Shown here piece by piece: positions 18,256 to 25,344 of a stretch of 25,344 nucleotides of DNA. Numbering within the stretch: the first letter of the stretch is position 1; each line of letters begins with the position of its first letter. The position numbers were made by a program, and so were the translations under genes. This DNA is from Gammaproteobacteria bacterium. GTDB lineage: Bacteria > Desulfobacterota > Desulfobacteria > Desulfobacterales > C00003060. The stretch is from the NCBI GenBank assembly GCA_048631945.1, contig JAIWEZ010000001.1:1-25344 (forward strand), written 5' to 3'. The notes under the pieces are model-generated. The model was not told the origin of the DNA and searched no databases. It saw only the letters and a list, made by a program, of their open reading frames with translations.

Positions 18256-18426
18256 GGCAACCGGGTGCTTGTCGAGACTGTGGCTCCCTGCTTGTATGGG
18301 CTTTAGCTTACACGATAAGGAGGTAAGGCGGAGATGGGACTCGGTTTCAATGAGGATGAGGGCGACCTTAGCAAGCTTACAGATAACCCAAATTTGGAGG
18401 GAAAAGAGATCCAGAGGGAGGAACCA

Positions 18427-20013
18427 ATGGAAAAAATCTTCATTTTTGACACCACTTTGAGAGATGGTGAACAGATTCCAGGGGCATGCCTCAACCCACG
18501 GGAAAAGTTAGAAATCGCCTTACAACTTGAACGTTTACAGGTAGATGCCATTGAGGCCGGATTTCCTATCTCATCGCCGGGTGATTTTGAGGCTGTGAAG
18601 ACGATTGCCGAAAAGATTAAAGGTCCTGCCATTGTGGCACTTGCGCGTGCCGTTCCAAAGGACATTGAAGCGGCATGGGGGGCCATAAGAAAGGCTGCAA
18701 GACCCCGTATTCACGTCTTTTTACCGTCATCAGATATTCATATCCAGAAAAAATTTGGTACGGATCGAACAAAGCAATTAGAGCGAGGACTTGAGGCATT
18801 AAAATATGCCAAATCTCTGTGTCCTGAGATAGAGTACTCGCCTGAGGACGCTTCCAGGACTGATCCAGAATATTTGGTTAAGGTAGTAGAACAGGTTGTT
18901 GCTGCTGGTGCTACAGTCGTGAATATCCCGGACACGGTTGGCTATGCGGTTCCCCAGCAGTTTGGCCGGCTCATAGCTTATCTTATGGAAAAGGTGTCAG
19001 ACATCGACAAGATAGTGCTCAGTGTGCATTGCCATAACGACCTGGGTCTTGCTACGGCCAACACCTTATCAGCCGTAGAAAATGGAGCAAGACAGGTGGA
19101 GTGTACGATGAACGGCCTTGGGGAAAGGGCGGGGAATGCCTCCTTAGAGGAACTCGTCATGGCCATCAAGACCCGGAAAGACTATTTCAAATACTTCACT
19201 ACGGTTAATACCCAGGAGATTATGAGGACCAGCAAATTGGTCAGTCGGTTGATGGGAATGCCGGTTCAGGCCAATAAGGCCATTGTTGGCGCCAATGCTT
19301 TTTCCCATTCATCCGGTATTCACCAAGACGGCATCCTCAAAGATCGTTCAACGTATGAAGCTATACGCCCCGAAGATGTGGGTATCACAGAACATGCCAT
19401 GGTTCTGACGGCAAGATCGGGCAGGCACGCCCTCAGGCAGAAGATCTCAGAGATGGGCTATGATTTTCCGGAACAAGAATTTGAAGCTGTTTACAATCAG
19501 TTTCTCTCTGTTGCGGACAAGAAAAAGCAAGTCTACGATGATGACGTGGCTGTCATAGTCCAGGACGTGATTTTTGCCTATTTAGATGACAGCAAACTAT
19601 ACAGCCTTGAATCATACAAAATGACTACGGGCAACGGAGAGGTACCTGAGGCCAGGGTGCGACTGCGACGGGAGGGAGTTCTTTTGGAGGCGAGTGCTCA
19701 GGGTGACGGGCCTATCGACGCTATTTTTAAGGCGGTTGACAAGATTGTGGGCGCTTACCATAAACTTGAGGACTTTCAGGTCAACGCTGTGACCGAGACC
19801 AAGGAGGCCATGGGCATAGCTACTGTGCGGGTGGCTCGCGAAGGTTTTCGCGCTCTGGGTCGGGGATCCAGCACAGACATCCTCAAGGCCAGCGCCAAGG
19901 CTTATGTCCAGGCCATCAACCGGCTCCAGTGGCTGCTGCTGCGTACCTCAGAGACCCACCACTCGGACAACGGCCTTTCATCTCAAAATAGTACCACACC
20001 TGATACAGCATGA
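18427..20013 (+). CDS. leuA: 2-isopropylmalate synthase
   Basis: IFDTTLRDGEQ, EAGFP, YSPEDASRT, NIPDTVG, HCHNDLG, NGLGERAGN, C-terminal regulatory domain. Start 18427 (GGGAGG RBS) preferred; 18334 is an alternative. Confidence 0.95.
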   Translation: MEKIFIFDTTLRDGEQIPGACLNPREKLEIALQLERLQVDAIEAGFPISSPGDFEAVKTIAEKIKGPAIVALARAVPKDIEAAWGAIRKAARPRIHVFLPSSDIHIQKKFGTDRTKQLERGLEALKYAKSLCPEIEYSPEDASRTDPEYLVKVVEQVVAAGATVVNIPDTVGYAVPQQFGRLIAYLMEKVSDIDKIVLSVHCHNDLGLATANTLSAVENGARQVECTMNGLGERAGNASLEELVMAIKTRKDYFKYFTTVNTQEIMRTSKLVSRLMGMPVQANKAIVGANAFSHSSGIHQDGILKDRSTYEAIRPEDVGITEHAMVLTARSGRHALRQKISEMGYDFPEQEFEAVYNQFLSVADKKKQVYDDDVAVIVQDVIFAYLDDSKLYSLESYKMTTGNGEVPEARVRLRREGVLLEASAQGDGPIDAIFKAVDKIVGAYHKLEDFQVNAVTETKEAMGIATVRVAREGFRALGRGSSTDILKASAKAYVQAINRLQWLLLRTSETHHSDNGLSSQNSTTPDTA

Positions 20014-20019
20014 TGTCGA

Positions 20020-20058
20020 GCAAAAAGGGTTTTCCATTCTTGGAAGGCCCTTTTTTGC
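20020..20058 (+). terminator. Intrinsic (possibly bidirectional) terminator after leuA
   Basis: GCAAAAAGGGTTTTCC-ATTCTT-GGAAGGCCCTTTTTTGC. Confidence 0.75.
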
Positions 20059-20069
20059 AACCCTCATAA

Positions 20070-20225
20070 TTGATACATTCGTAAAAAGTCAAAAGACTCC
20101 CTCTCCCTTGATGGGAGAGGGTTGGGGTGAGGGTGAAAATATGGGATTTCAGTGACTTATATCCCCCTCCCCTTAATCCCCTCCCTCCAGGGGAGGGGAA
20201 GTGAGACTTTTTACGAAATCATCTT
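20070..20225. repeat. Palindromic element A2: same shell as A1, different C/G-rich cargo
   Basis: TTCGTAAAAAGTC 20078-20090 / GACTTTTTACGAA 20205-20217 encloses CCCTCTCCC-TTGAT-GGGAGAGGG...CCCCTCCC-TCCA-GGGGAGGGG. Confidence 0.9.
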
Positions 20226-20227
20226 AA

Positions 20228-20477
20228 TTGACAAACTCTTAAAAAGTCTGATTCAGTCAATGTGTCATTCCCGCCTGCCAACGCCTGAGACAACATTCAG
20301 CTTATGTGCCTGCATTTCTGGCAATGGCGGGCAGGTCAAACACAGGGAGAAATCTAATGTTTTCAGCATGCTATACCGGAAAGATTTCTCGCTTTCAGCC
20401 GTCGTAGCCGAGGCTACTATGGCGAAGTCGGCTTGCTCGAAATGACAAGTTATTAAGACTTTTTACGATACCATCAA
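20228..20477. repeat. Palindromic element A3: A1-type cargo with two nested insertions
   Basis: Collinear with 5371-5515 except for a 66-nt insert (20270-20335) and a 39-nt insert (20395-20433); begins 2 nt after A2. Confidence 0.9.
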
Positions 20478-20488
20478 GATTTCGTAAT

Positions 20489-20636
20489 GTCAGCGGTCAG
20501 TTGTTAGTAGTCAGTTGTATTAATATTTTCACGGGGTTAGGTGGCACATCAGATTACCGGCATCCATTTTTGCTATCTATCCGAAATAACTGTATTTTGC
20601 AGCTTTGGCAACGGACAACTAACAACAATCAACGAA
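20489..20636. repeat. Two roughly inverted heptamer arrays downstream of the SH3 gene
   Basis: GTCAGCG GTCAGTT GTTAGTA GTCAGTT (20489-20516) and CAACGGA CAACTAA CAACAAT CAACGAA (20609-20636). Confidence 0.65.
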
Positions 20637-20690
20637 CACTACCCAAATGCCTCGTAAGCCGTACAATTAGTTGAAACAACCGGTAGCCGT

Positions 20691-21128
20691 TCAATACCCC
20701 CACACCAGGGACTTATGGATCCATCCAACCTCGCCGTCTGCGTGCTGGACCTCAAACCACGCTTTCTTTTTTTTCAGCAGCTTGAAGCTGACCCCTTTTT
20801 CGGCTTGGAATAAGACCCTGGAGTCTGTTCCAGGTCCCTCCCGAACATTGACAATTGTCCCTTTGACGATAACGGCAGAAATCTTCTTAAGAAGCGACCG
20901 GTAAATCCACCCGGTGTCCCCTTCAAAGTCACGAACTCGGCACCAGTTTCCAGATGTCTTAATGATGTCAACTGGATAATACTTTCCAACAGACCACAGG
21001 ATTTCGTGGCTTGTCCCAGGGCCTGAGCGCACATTGACTTTATTCGCAGCAACGCTGAGCCGCTTGGCACTGGCCGTGCCAACGGATAAAACGAGCACCA
21101 ACAGGGTGAAGATAAAAAGTTTTTTCAT
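20691..21128 (-). CDS. Exported protein with two bacterial SH3 domains
   Basis: Signal peptide (..VGTASA|K), two NVRSGPGT/NVREGPGT...W..V...G..GW repeats. Confidence 0.88.
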   Translation of the reverse strand: MKKLFIFTLLVLVLSVGTASAKRLSVAANKVNVRSGPGTSHEILWSVGKYYPVDIIKTSGNWCRVRDFEGDTGWIYRSLLKKISAVIVKGTIVNVREGPGTDSRVLFQAEKGVSFKLLKKKKAWFEVQHADGEVGWIHKSLVWGY

Positions 21129-21202
21129 GGGCTTATAGTCTTTCAGAAAAAGATTTTTTGGTTCTTCCGCCTCAGGCGGACAGAAAGTTCAATAAATACA
21201 AA

Positions 21203-21826
21203 TTATAGCACAACAACCTCACAGGTGCCGGACAGGGCATCGCTGAACCGCCGGGCATCGTCTGCAGAACCAACAATGGAGTCGTAATGCATGGGAATGA
21301 CAAGCTTGGGCTTGATTATCTTAGCAGCTTCCACGGCCTCCTCCGCCGTCATAACGTAAGTCCCGGATACCGGAAGGAGCGCAATATCCGCCTTTATGGA
21401 ATCCATCTCCGGTATCAAATCAGTATCACCTGCATGGTAAATCCTCACACCGTCCACTGTGAGGACAAATCCCAGCCAGCCATTTTGTTTCGGATGAAAA
21501 TTCTTATTTGTGTTGTAAGCCGGCACAGCCTCAATCTGGATTCCCGAAACCGTCAGCTTGTCTCCGGGTTGTACCACCCGCACATCACCGGAGAGTTTTT
21601 TGGCCGAATCGGCCTCAGTCACGATGACCGTCGAAGCCTCCTGGACCTTCTGGATATCCTCTGGTGAGCAGTGATCATAGTGCTCATGGGTAACCAGGAT
21701 AACATCTGCGGGCTCGCACTGCTTCACCTGAAAAGGGTCGATGACGATGGCCTTGCCGTCTCCCTTGATGAGAAACCCATCATGTCCCAACCAAGTGATG
21801 TTCTTAACAACGTCCTGTACTTCCAT
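21203..21826 (-). CDS. Metallo-beta-lactamase-fold hydrolase (short, UPF0173-like)
   Basis: ITWLGHDGF, VTHEHYDH, YHAGDT, ALLPVSG, IPMHY. Confidence 0.88.
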   Translation of the reverse strand: MEVQDVVKNITWLGHDGFLIKGDGKAIVIDPFQVKQCEPADVILVTHEHYDHCSPEDIQKVQEASTVIVTEADSAKKLSGDVRVVQPGDKLTVSGIQIEAVPAYNTNKNFHPKQNGWLGFVLTVDGVRIYHAGDTDLIPEMDSIKADIALLPVSGTYVMTAEEAVEAAKIIKPKLVIPMHYDSIVGSADDARRFSDALSGTCEVVVL

Positions 21827-21853
21827 AACCAGTTCCTCCGTCCTCCGTATTTA

Positions 21854-21862
21854 ATTATATCA
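21854..21862 (-). promoter_or_regulatory. Extended -10 promoter of the short MBL gene
   Basis: Minus strand TGATATAAT (TGnTATAAT), 27 nt above the ATG; RBS duplicated as ACGGAGG ACGGAGG. Confidence 0.45.
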
Positions 21863-21865
21863 TTA

Positions 21866-22055
21866 TACACTGTTTTAAAACCTTTATTCTTGGTCTGTTG
21901 GCCATTTTCGAAAGTACTAAGCTCGCTTCTCTAATATTGTAAAACTCAGGCCAACACCTTCAAACAGTTACAATTTTTTGACACTTTGTATCGCTAAGAA
22001 CTTTTGAAAAAAACGGCCAACATTTAGTCGTCAAAGGATTTTGAAACAGCTTCTA
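21866..22055. mobile_element. MITE-like palindromic element B1
   Basis: Right end AAGGATTTTGAAACAGCTTCTA (22034-22055) is the reverse complement (21/22) of the B2 left end; degenerate left end TACACTGTTTTAAAACCTT; internal IR TTGGCC...GGCCAA; TA termini. Mobility is inferred. Confidence 0.7.
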
Positions 22056-22091
22056 GTAGAAATTCCTGCATATGCATTGCCCGCCCAACGC

Positions 22092-22112
22092 TTGGTCATT
22101 GGTCACTCGTTA
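22092..22112. repeat. Heptamer array
   Basis: TTGGTCA TTGGTCA CTCGTTA. Confidence 0.6.
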
Positions 22113-22183
22113 CCTGCAATCCGCTTTAGCCTCTTCGAGAGTGACAAATGTATTTTGGATTCCCACAAATCCAACAAATCGAA

Positions 22184-22819
22184 TTATGCAATATGAAACA
22201 CTACATCCGGCAGCTCAACACAGGTCAGCCTGTTGCCGTAAACGGCGCCGGTGTCAATGCCAATCTTATTGTCGAGAATCAGCGGTTCCCGAAAAGGTGT
22301 GTGACCGAAGATCACTCGCTTTCCAAAATCAAAATCAGAATATATGAATTCATCCCGTATCCAGAGCATATCCCATTCACTCTGTTCCTCAAGGGGTACG
22401 TTCGGCTTAAGACCCGCGTGGACAAAAATATACTGTTCTGTCTCATAATAGAGACGGAGGTTGTCAAAGAAGTCTCGATGTGTTGTAGGTATAAGGCTAT
22501 CTTCGGCATGGCTCTGGTTCTTCAGGTAGCTATCCAGGGTTGCTTGCCCGCCATTTACCAGAAAGTGGAACATGGATGTTCCACTTAAGTAACGCTGGAG
22601 CATTCGCTCGTGATTCCCTTTGAGAAAGATCACCCTTCTTTGTCGCCTGGCAAGGTCAATGAGATAGTCCACCACCTCCTTTGATTGAGTGCCACGGTCG
22701 ATATAGTCCCCCATAAACACGAGCGTATCTCTTTTCGGATCGACATCGATCATGTCCATCAAGCAGGTTAACTTGTCAAGGCAGCCATGTATGTCACCTA
22801 CAGCAAACGTTCTTTCCAT
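22184..22819 (-). CDS. Calcineurin-like metallophosphoesterase (PrpA/PphA-like Ser/Thr phosphatase family)
   Basis: GDIHG, GDYIDRG, GNHE, FVHAG, LWIR, FGHTP, IDTGAVYG. Start 22819 overlaps the radical SAM stop (TAATG); 22828 is an alternative. Confidence 0.9.
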   Translation of the reverse strand: MERTFAVGDIHGCLDKLTCLMDMIDVDPKRDTLVFMGDYIDRGTQSKEVVDYLIDLARRQRRVIFLKGNHERMLQRYLSGTSMFHFLVNGGQATLDSYLKNQSHAEDSLIPTTHRDFFDNLRLYYETEQYIFVHAGLKPNVPLEEQSEWDMLWIRDEFIYSDFDFGKRVIFGHTPFREPLILDNKIGIDTGAVYGNRLTCVELPDVVFHIA

Positions 22820-23760
22820 TACATCCATTTCAGCACAAAGAGCCGCTTTCTCTCATCCAGCCGGGTTATTCCCTCATTGCGGGCAGTTTGAATTGCCTCA
22901 TCGTGTTCTTCCTTAGTGATGGTGCGCGTCAAAGCCTGTACCTCAGAAGCCCGGCCGCACGGCCTATACTGTGCCATAATGTTTACGTAGCTGTTTGGCG
23001 AGATTTCCTTGGCCAAGAAACCCATAACTTGCCGGGTACCAGCCAGCCCCTCGGGAAGCACCAGATGACGGATCAGAAGGCCTCTCTGGGCAATCCCCTG
23101 CTGATCCGTTACCAGGTCCCCCACCTGACGGTGCATCTCCTTTAGGGCCTCCCGTGCTACTTCAGGATAATTGGGTGCATCGGAGAGTTCTTCGGCTACC
23201 TTAGGATCCCAGAACTTGAAGTCAGGCATGTAGATATCAAACACCCCGTCTAAGATTGCCAAGGTCTCGGATCTGTCATAGCCGCCGGTATTGTAAACCA
23301 GGGGGACCCTGAGTCCTGCCTCAATAGCCTTGTCAAGTGCAGCCAAAATCTGGGGGACAACGTGGGTAGGCGTGACAAAGTTTATGTTGGGACAGCCCTT
23401 GTCCTGTAGGAAAAGCATAGCCTTGGCAAGCTGTTCTGAGGAGAACTCAACACCTTCTCCTTCGTGGCTGATGTCGTAGTTCTGGCAAAACATGCACAGG
23501 AGATTGCAGCGGGCAAAGAATATCGTCCCTGAGCCATGATCCCCGACCAGGGGGCTCTCCTCTCCAAAGTGGGGGTTGAAACTTGACACAATAGCATGTT
23601 CGCCTGTCTGGCAGATCCCCTTTTCGCCCGAGAGTCGGTCCACGCCACACTCCCTGGGACAAAGGTTGCAAGCATTCAGGATCTCATATGCCTGTTCTAT
23701 CTTTTCATTTAGGAGATCCCTGTTATAAGTTTCTAAATATGCAGCTCTAAAGGAAGCCAT
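22819..23760 (-). CDS. pflX: Radical SAM protein, PflX-like
   Basis: CNLCPRECGVDR N-terminal motif, HFGEE..L.G..GSGTIFF, CNLLCMFCQN (CxxxCxxC), RGLLIRHLVLP, NIMAQYRP. ATG at 23760 preferred; TTG at 23769 is possible. Confidence 0.88.
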   Translation of the reverse strand: MASFRAAYLETYNRDLLNEKIEQAYEILNACNLCPRECGVDRLSGEKGICQTGEHAIVSSFNPHFGEESPLVGDHGSGTIFFARCNLLCMFCQNYDISHEGEGVEFSSEQLAKAMLFLQDKGCPNINFVTPTHVVPQILAALDKAIEAGLRVPLVYNTGGYDRSETLAILDGVFDIYMPDFKFWDPKVAEELSDAPNYPEVAREALKEMHRQVGDLVTDQQGIAQRGLLIRHLVLPEGLAGTRQVMGFLAKEISPNSYVNIMAQYRPCGRASEVQALTRTITKEEHDEAIQTARNEGITRLDERKRLFVLKWM

Positions 23761-23813
23761 AGTTTCCAAACTATTTGCGAGTTTTCAGCTTGAGCAAAGA
23801 CAGAGTATATGAA

Positions 23814-23843
23814 ATCTTAATAAAATCTCAGTGGCTATGTCAA
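23814..23843 (-). promoter_or_regulatory. Putative sigma70 promoter of the radical SAM-phosphoesterase pair
   Basis: Minus strand TTGACA-N18-TAAGAT. Confidence 0.4.
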
Positions 23844-24072
23844 TTGATTATTACGTCCGGAGATACCTCCCCTTATCAGCAAGCCTCACATTCTTGGTAA
23901 GGCATAATCGGATGTTGATAGAGATTGAGAAGTCTGGTAGATATAGAAATTCCTACGCTATCGAGTTGTTGGGTTTGTGTGATGTTTTTACATATACTGT
24001 ATGAAGGCTACTTAAAAAGTCTTTTGCGAATAACATTGAGCATTTTGGTCGGTGGATAGCAAGGGAGAGGAT

Positions 24073-25023
24073 ATGATTGTCAGGTTTTGGGGTGTACGCG
24101 GTTCTGTTCCAGCACCCTTGGGTGCTAAGCAGGTCAAAGAAAAAATCATGTCTGCTCTTAAAGGGGCGTCAGAGAGTGACATCGGGGACAAGCGGGCAGC
24201 AGGAGACTATTTAGAAGGACTGCCTTGGCACATTAAGGGAACATACGGCGGGAACACCTCATGCGTTGAGTTGCACTCTGAGGATACCACGATCATCTTT
24301 GATGCAGGTACGGGCATAAGGTCGCTCGGTCTGCGCCTTATGGACGGCAAGTTCGGCCGGGGTGCCGGAACTGCTCATCTGTTTCTCAGCCACACCCATT
24401 GGGATCATATACAGGGGTTCCCCTTTTTTCTCCCAGCATACGTGCCTGGTAACAGAATCGTTATCTACAGCCCGCACCCCGACGTAGGGGGGCGATTTTC
24501 TCTGCAACAAGAGGCTGAATATTTCCCGGTGCCCTTTAGGGCTTTGCAGGCAGACATTGAGTTTGTTTCGCTTTCAGAAGGGGAAAACGTGGCCGTCGAT
24601 CATGTCAATGTTAAGAATATCAAATTTAACCATCCTGGAGATTCTTTTGGCTATCGGGTTGAAAAACAAGATACCGCATTTGTGTATGCCACGGATGCAG
24701 AGTTTACCAGGGTTCATGGAACGGATATGGAAAAGTACATCCCTTTCTTTTCCAAGGCAAAGGTTCTTGTATTTGATTCGCAATATACCCTAATGGAGGC
24801 ATTGGAAAAAGAAGACTGGGGCCACAGTTCCTCCCTAACAGGTGTGGACATGGCCAATGAGGCCGGGGTTGAGACCTTGGTTCTTTTTCACCATGATCCC
24901 ACGTATGATGATAATACCCTTTGGGATATTCTTCAAAGGACTCTCAAGTATGCGGAATTAAAGGATTCAGAACATACCAGCAAGGTTATTATGGCCCACG
25001 AGGGTTTGGAGTTAGTCATATAA
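24073..25023 (+). CDS. MBL-fold metallohydrolase (RNase Z/cyclic-nucleotide phosphodiesterase-like subgroup)
   Basis: RFWGVRGS, YGGNTSCVE, DAGTGIR, SHTHWDHIQG, HPG..GYR, YATDAE, WGHS, LFHHDP. Start 24073 after GGGAGAGG. Confidence 0.88.
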   Translation: MIVRFWGVRGSVPAPLGAKQVKEKIMSALKGASESDIGDKRAAGDYLEGLPWHIKGTYGGNTSCVELHSEDTTIIFDAGTGIRSLGLRLMDGKFGRGAGTAHLFLSHTHWDHIQGFPFFLPAYVPGNRIVIYSPHPDVGGRFSLQQEAEYFPVPFRALQADIEFVSLSEGENVAVDHVNVKNIKFNHPGDSFGYRVEKQDTAFVYATDAEFTRVHGTDMEKYIPFFSKAKVLVFDSQYTLMEALEKEDWGHSSSLTGVDMANEAGVETLVLFHHDPTYDDNTLWDILQRTLKYAELKDSEHTSKVIMAHEGLELVI

Positions 25024-25048
25024 AATAGCGCAGTGTTATTTACTGGTC

Positions 25049-25206
25049 AGTCTAAAGTTCGCATAATCACCTGAAATTATTAACAGCTAATTCCCCCCTT
25101 TCCTAAAGGGGGGTTAGGGGGGATTTTTGGGCAACTTCCTGAAATCCCCCTAAATCCCCCTTTAAGAAAGGGGGACTTTAAGGCGTGTTTCCGAGAACTT
25201 TGGACT
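25049..25206. repeat. Palindromic element C: poly-C/poly-G double hairpin inside a second shell
   Basis: AGTCTAAAGTTC 25049-25060 / GAACTTTGGACT 25195-25206 (11/12 IR) enclose CCCCCCTTT-CCT-AAAGGGGGG TTAGGGGGGATTT ... AAATCCCCCTAA ATCCCCCTTT-AAG-AAAGGGGG (25089-25179). Confidence 0.85.
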
Positions 25207-25218
25207 CTCAAGTTTGTA

Positions 25219-25344
25219 TAGAAGCTGTTTCAAAACCCTTTTCCTTGGTCTGTTTGGCTATTTTTGAAAGTTCTAAGCTCGCTTCGCCTCCGGCCCGTGG
25301 GGCCTACGCCCTGGAGGGCTAAAATTGTAAAACTCGGGCTAACG
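25219..25344. mobile_element. MITE-like element B2 (truncated by the window edge) with a nested 32-nt insert
   Basis: Collinear with 21866 onward (CTTGGTCTGTT.GC.ATTTT.GAAAGT.CTAAGCTCGCTTC...CTAA.ATTGTAAAACTC.GGC.AAC), with extra bases at 25286-25317. Confidence 0.75.

Noticed and set aside
18030-18330. T-box riboswitch or tRNA upstream of leuA
   Set aside because: No AAGGUGGnACC T-box motif or cloverleaf; the leader-peptide model explains the region.
20152-20445. 97-aa ORF, and the 83-aa ORF at 19904-20155
   Set aside because: Incidental frames running through the palindromic elements A2 and A3.

Overview
Chromosomal window of a probable Desulfobacterota/deltaproteobacterium (inferred from gene content). 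It contains no rRNA, tRNA, CRISPR array, transposase or integrase gene. Left to right: a type IV minor-pilin operon on the minus strand (fimT-pilV-pilW-pilX-pilY1) behind a consensus sigma54 promoter. pilY1 is split by a +1 frameshift at ~1625 and runs off the left edge; its C-terminal half is missing from the ORF track. Next come thrC and serS, 5-formyl-THF cyclo-ligase, an RCK-gated K+ channel, a zinc-ribbon/acidic-repeat/DUF3426-like membrane protein, hpt, a CbpA-like J protein, birA, etfBA, a polyprenyl synthase, leuA behind a leucine leader-peptide attenuator, an SH3 protein, two MBL-fold hydrolases, a metallophosphoesterase and a PflX-like radical SAM. The least ordinary content is intergenic. 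There is a layered set of short palindromic repeats: terminal-inverted-repeat 'shells' carrying interchangeable hairpin 'cargos', with 32-66 nt mini-palindromes inserted into them, plus several heptamer (STRR-like) tandem arrays. All analyses were done by eye; no database searches were run.
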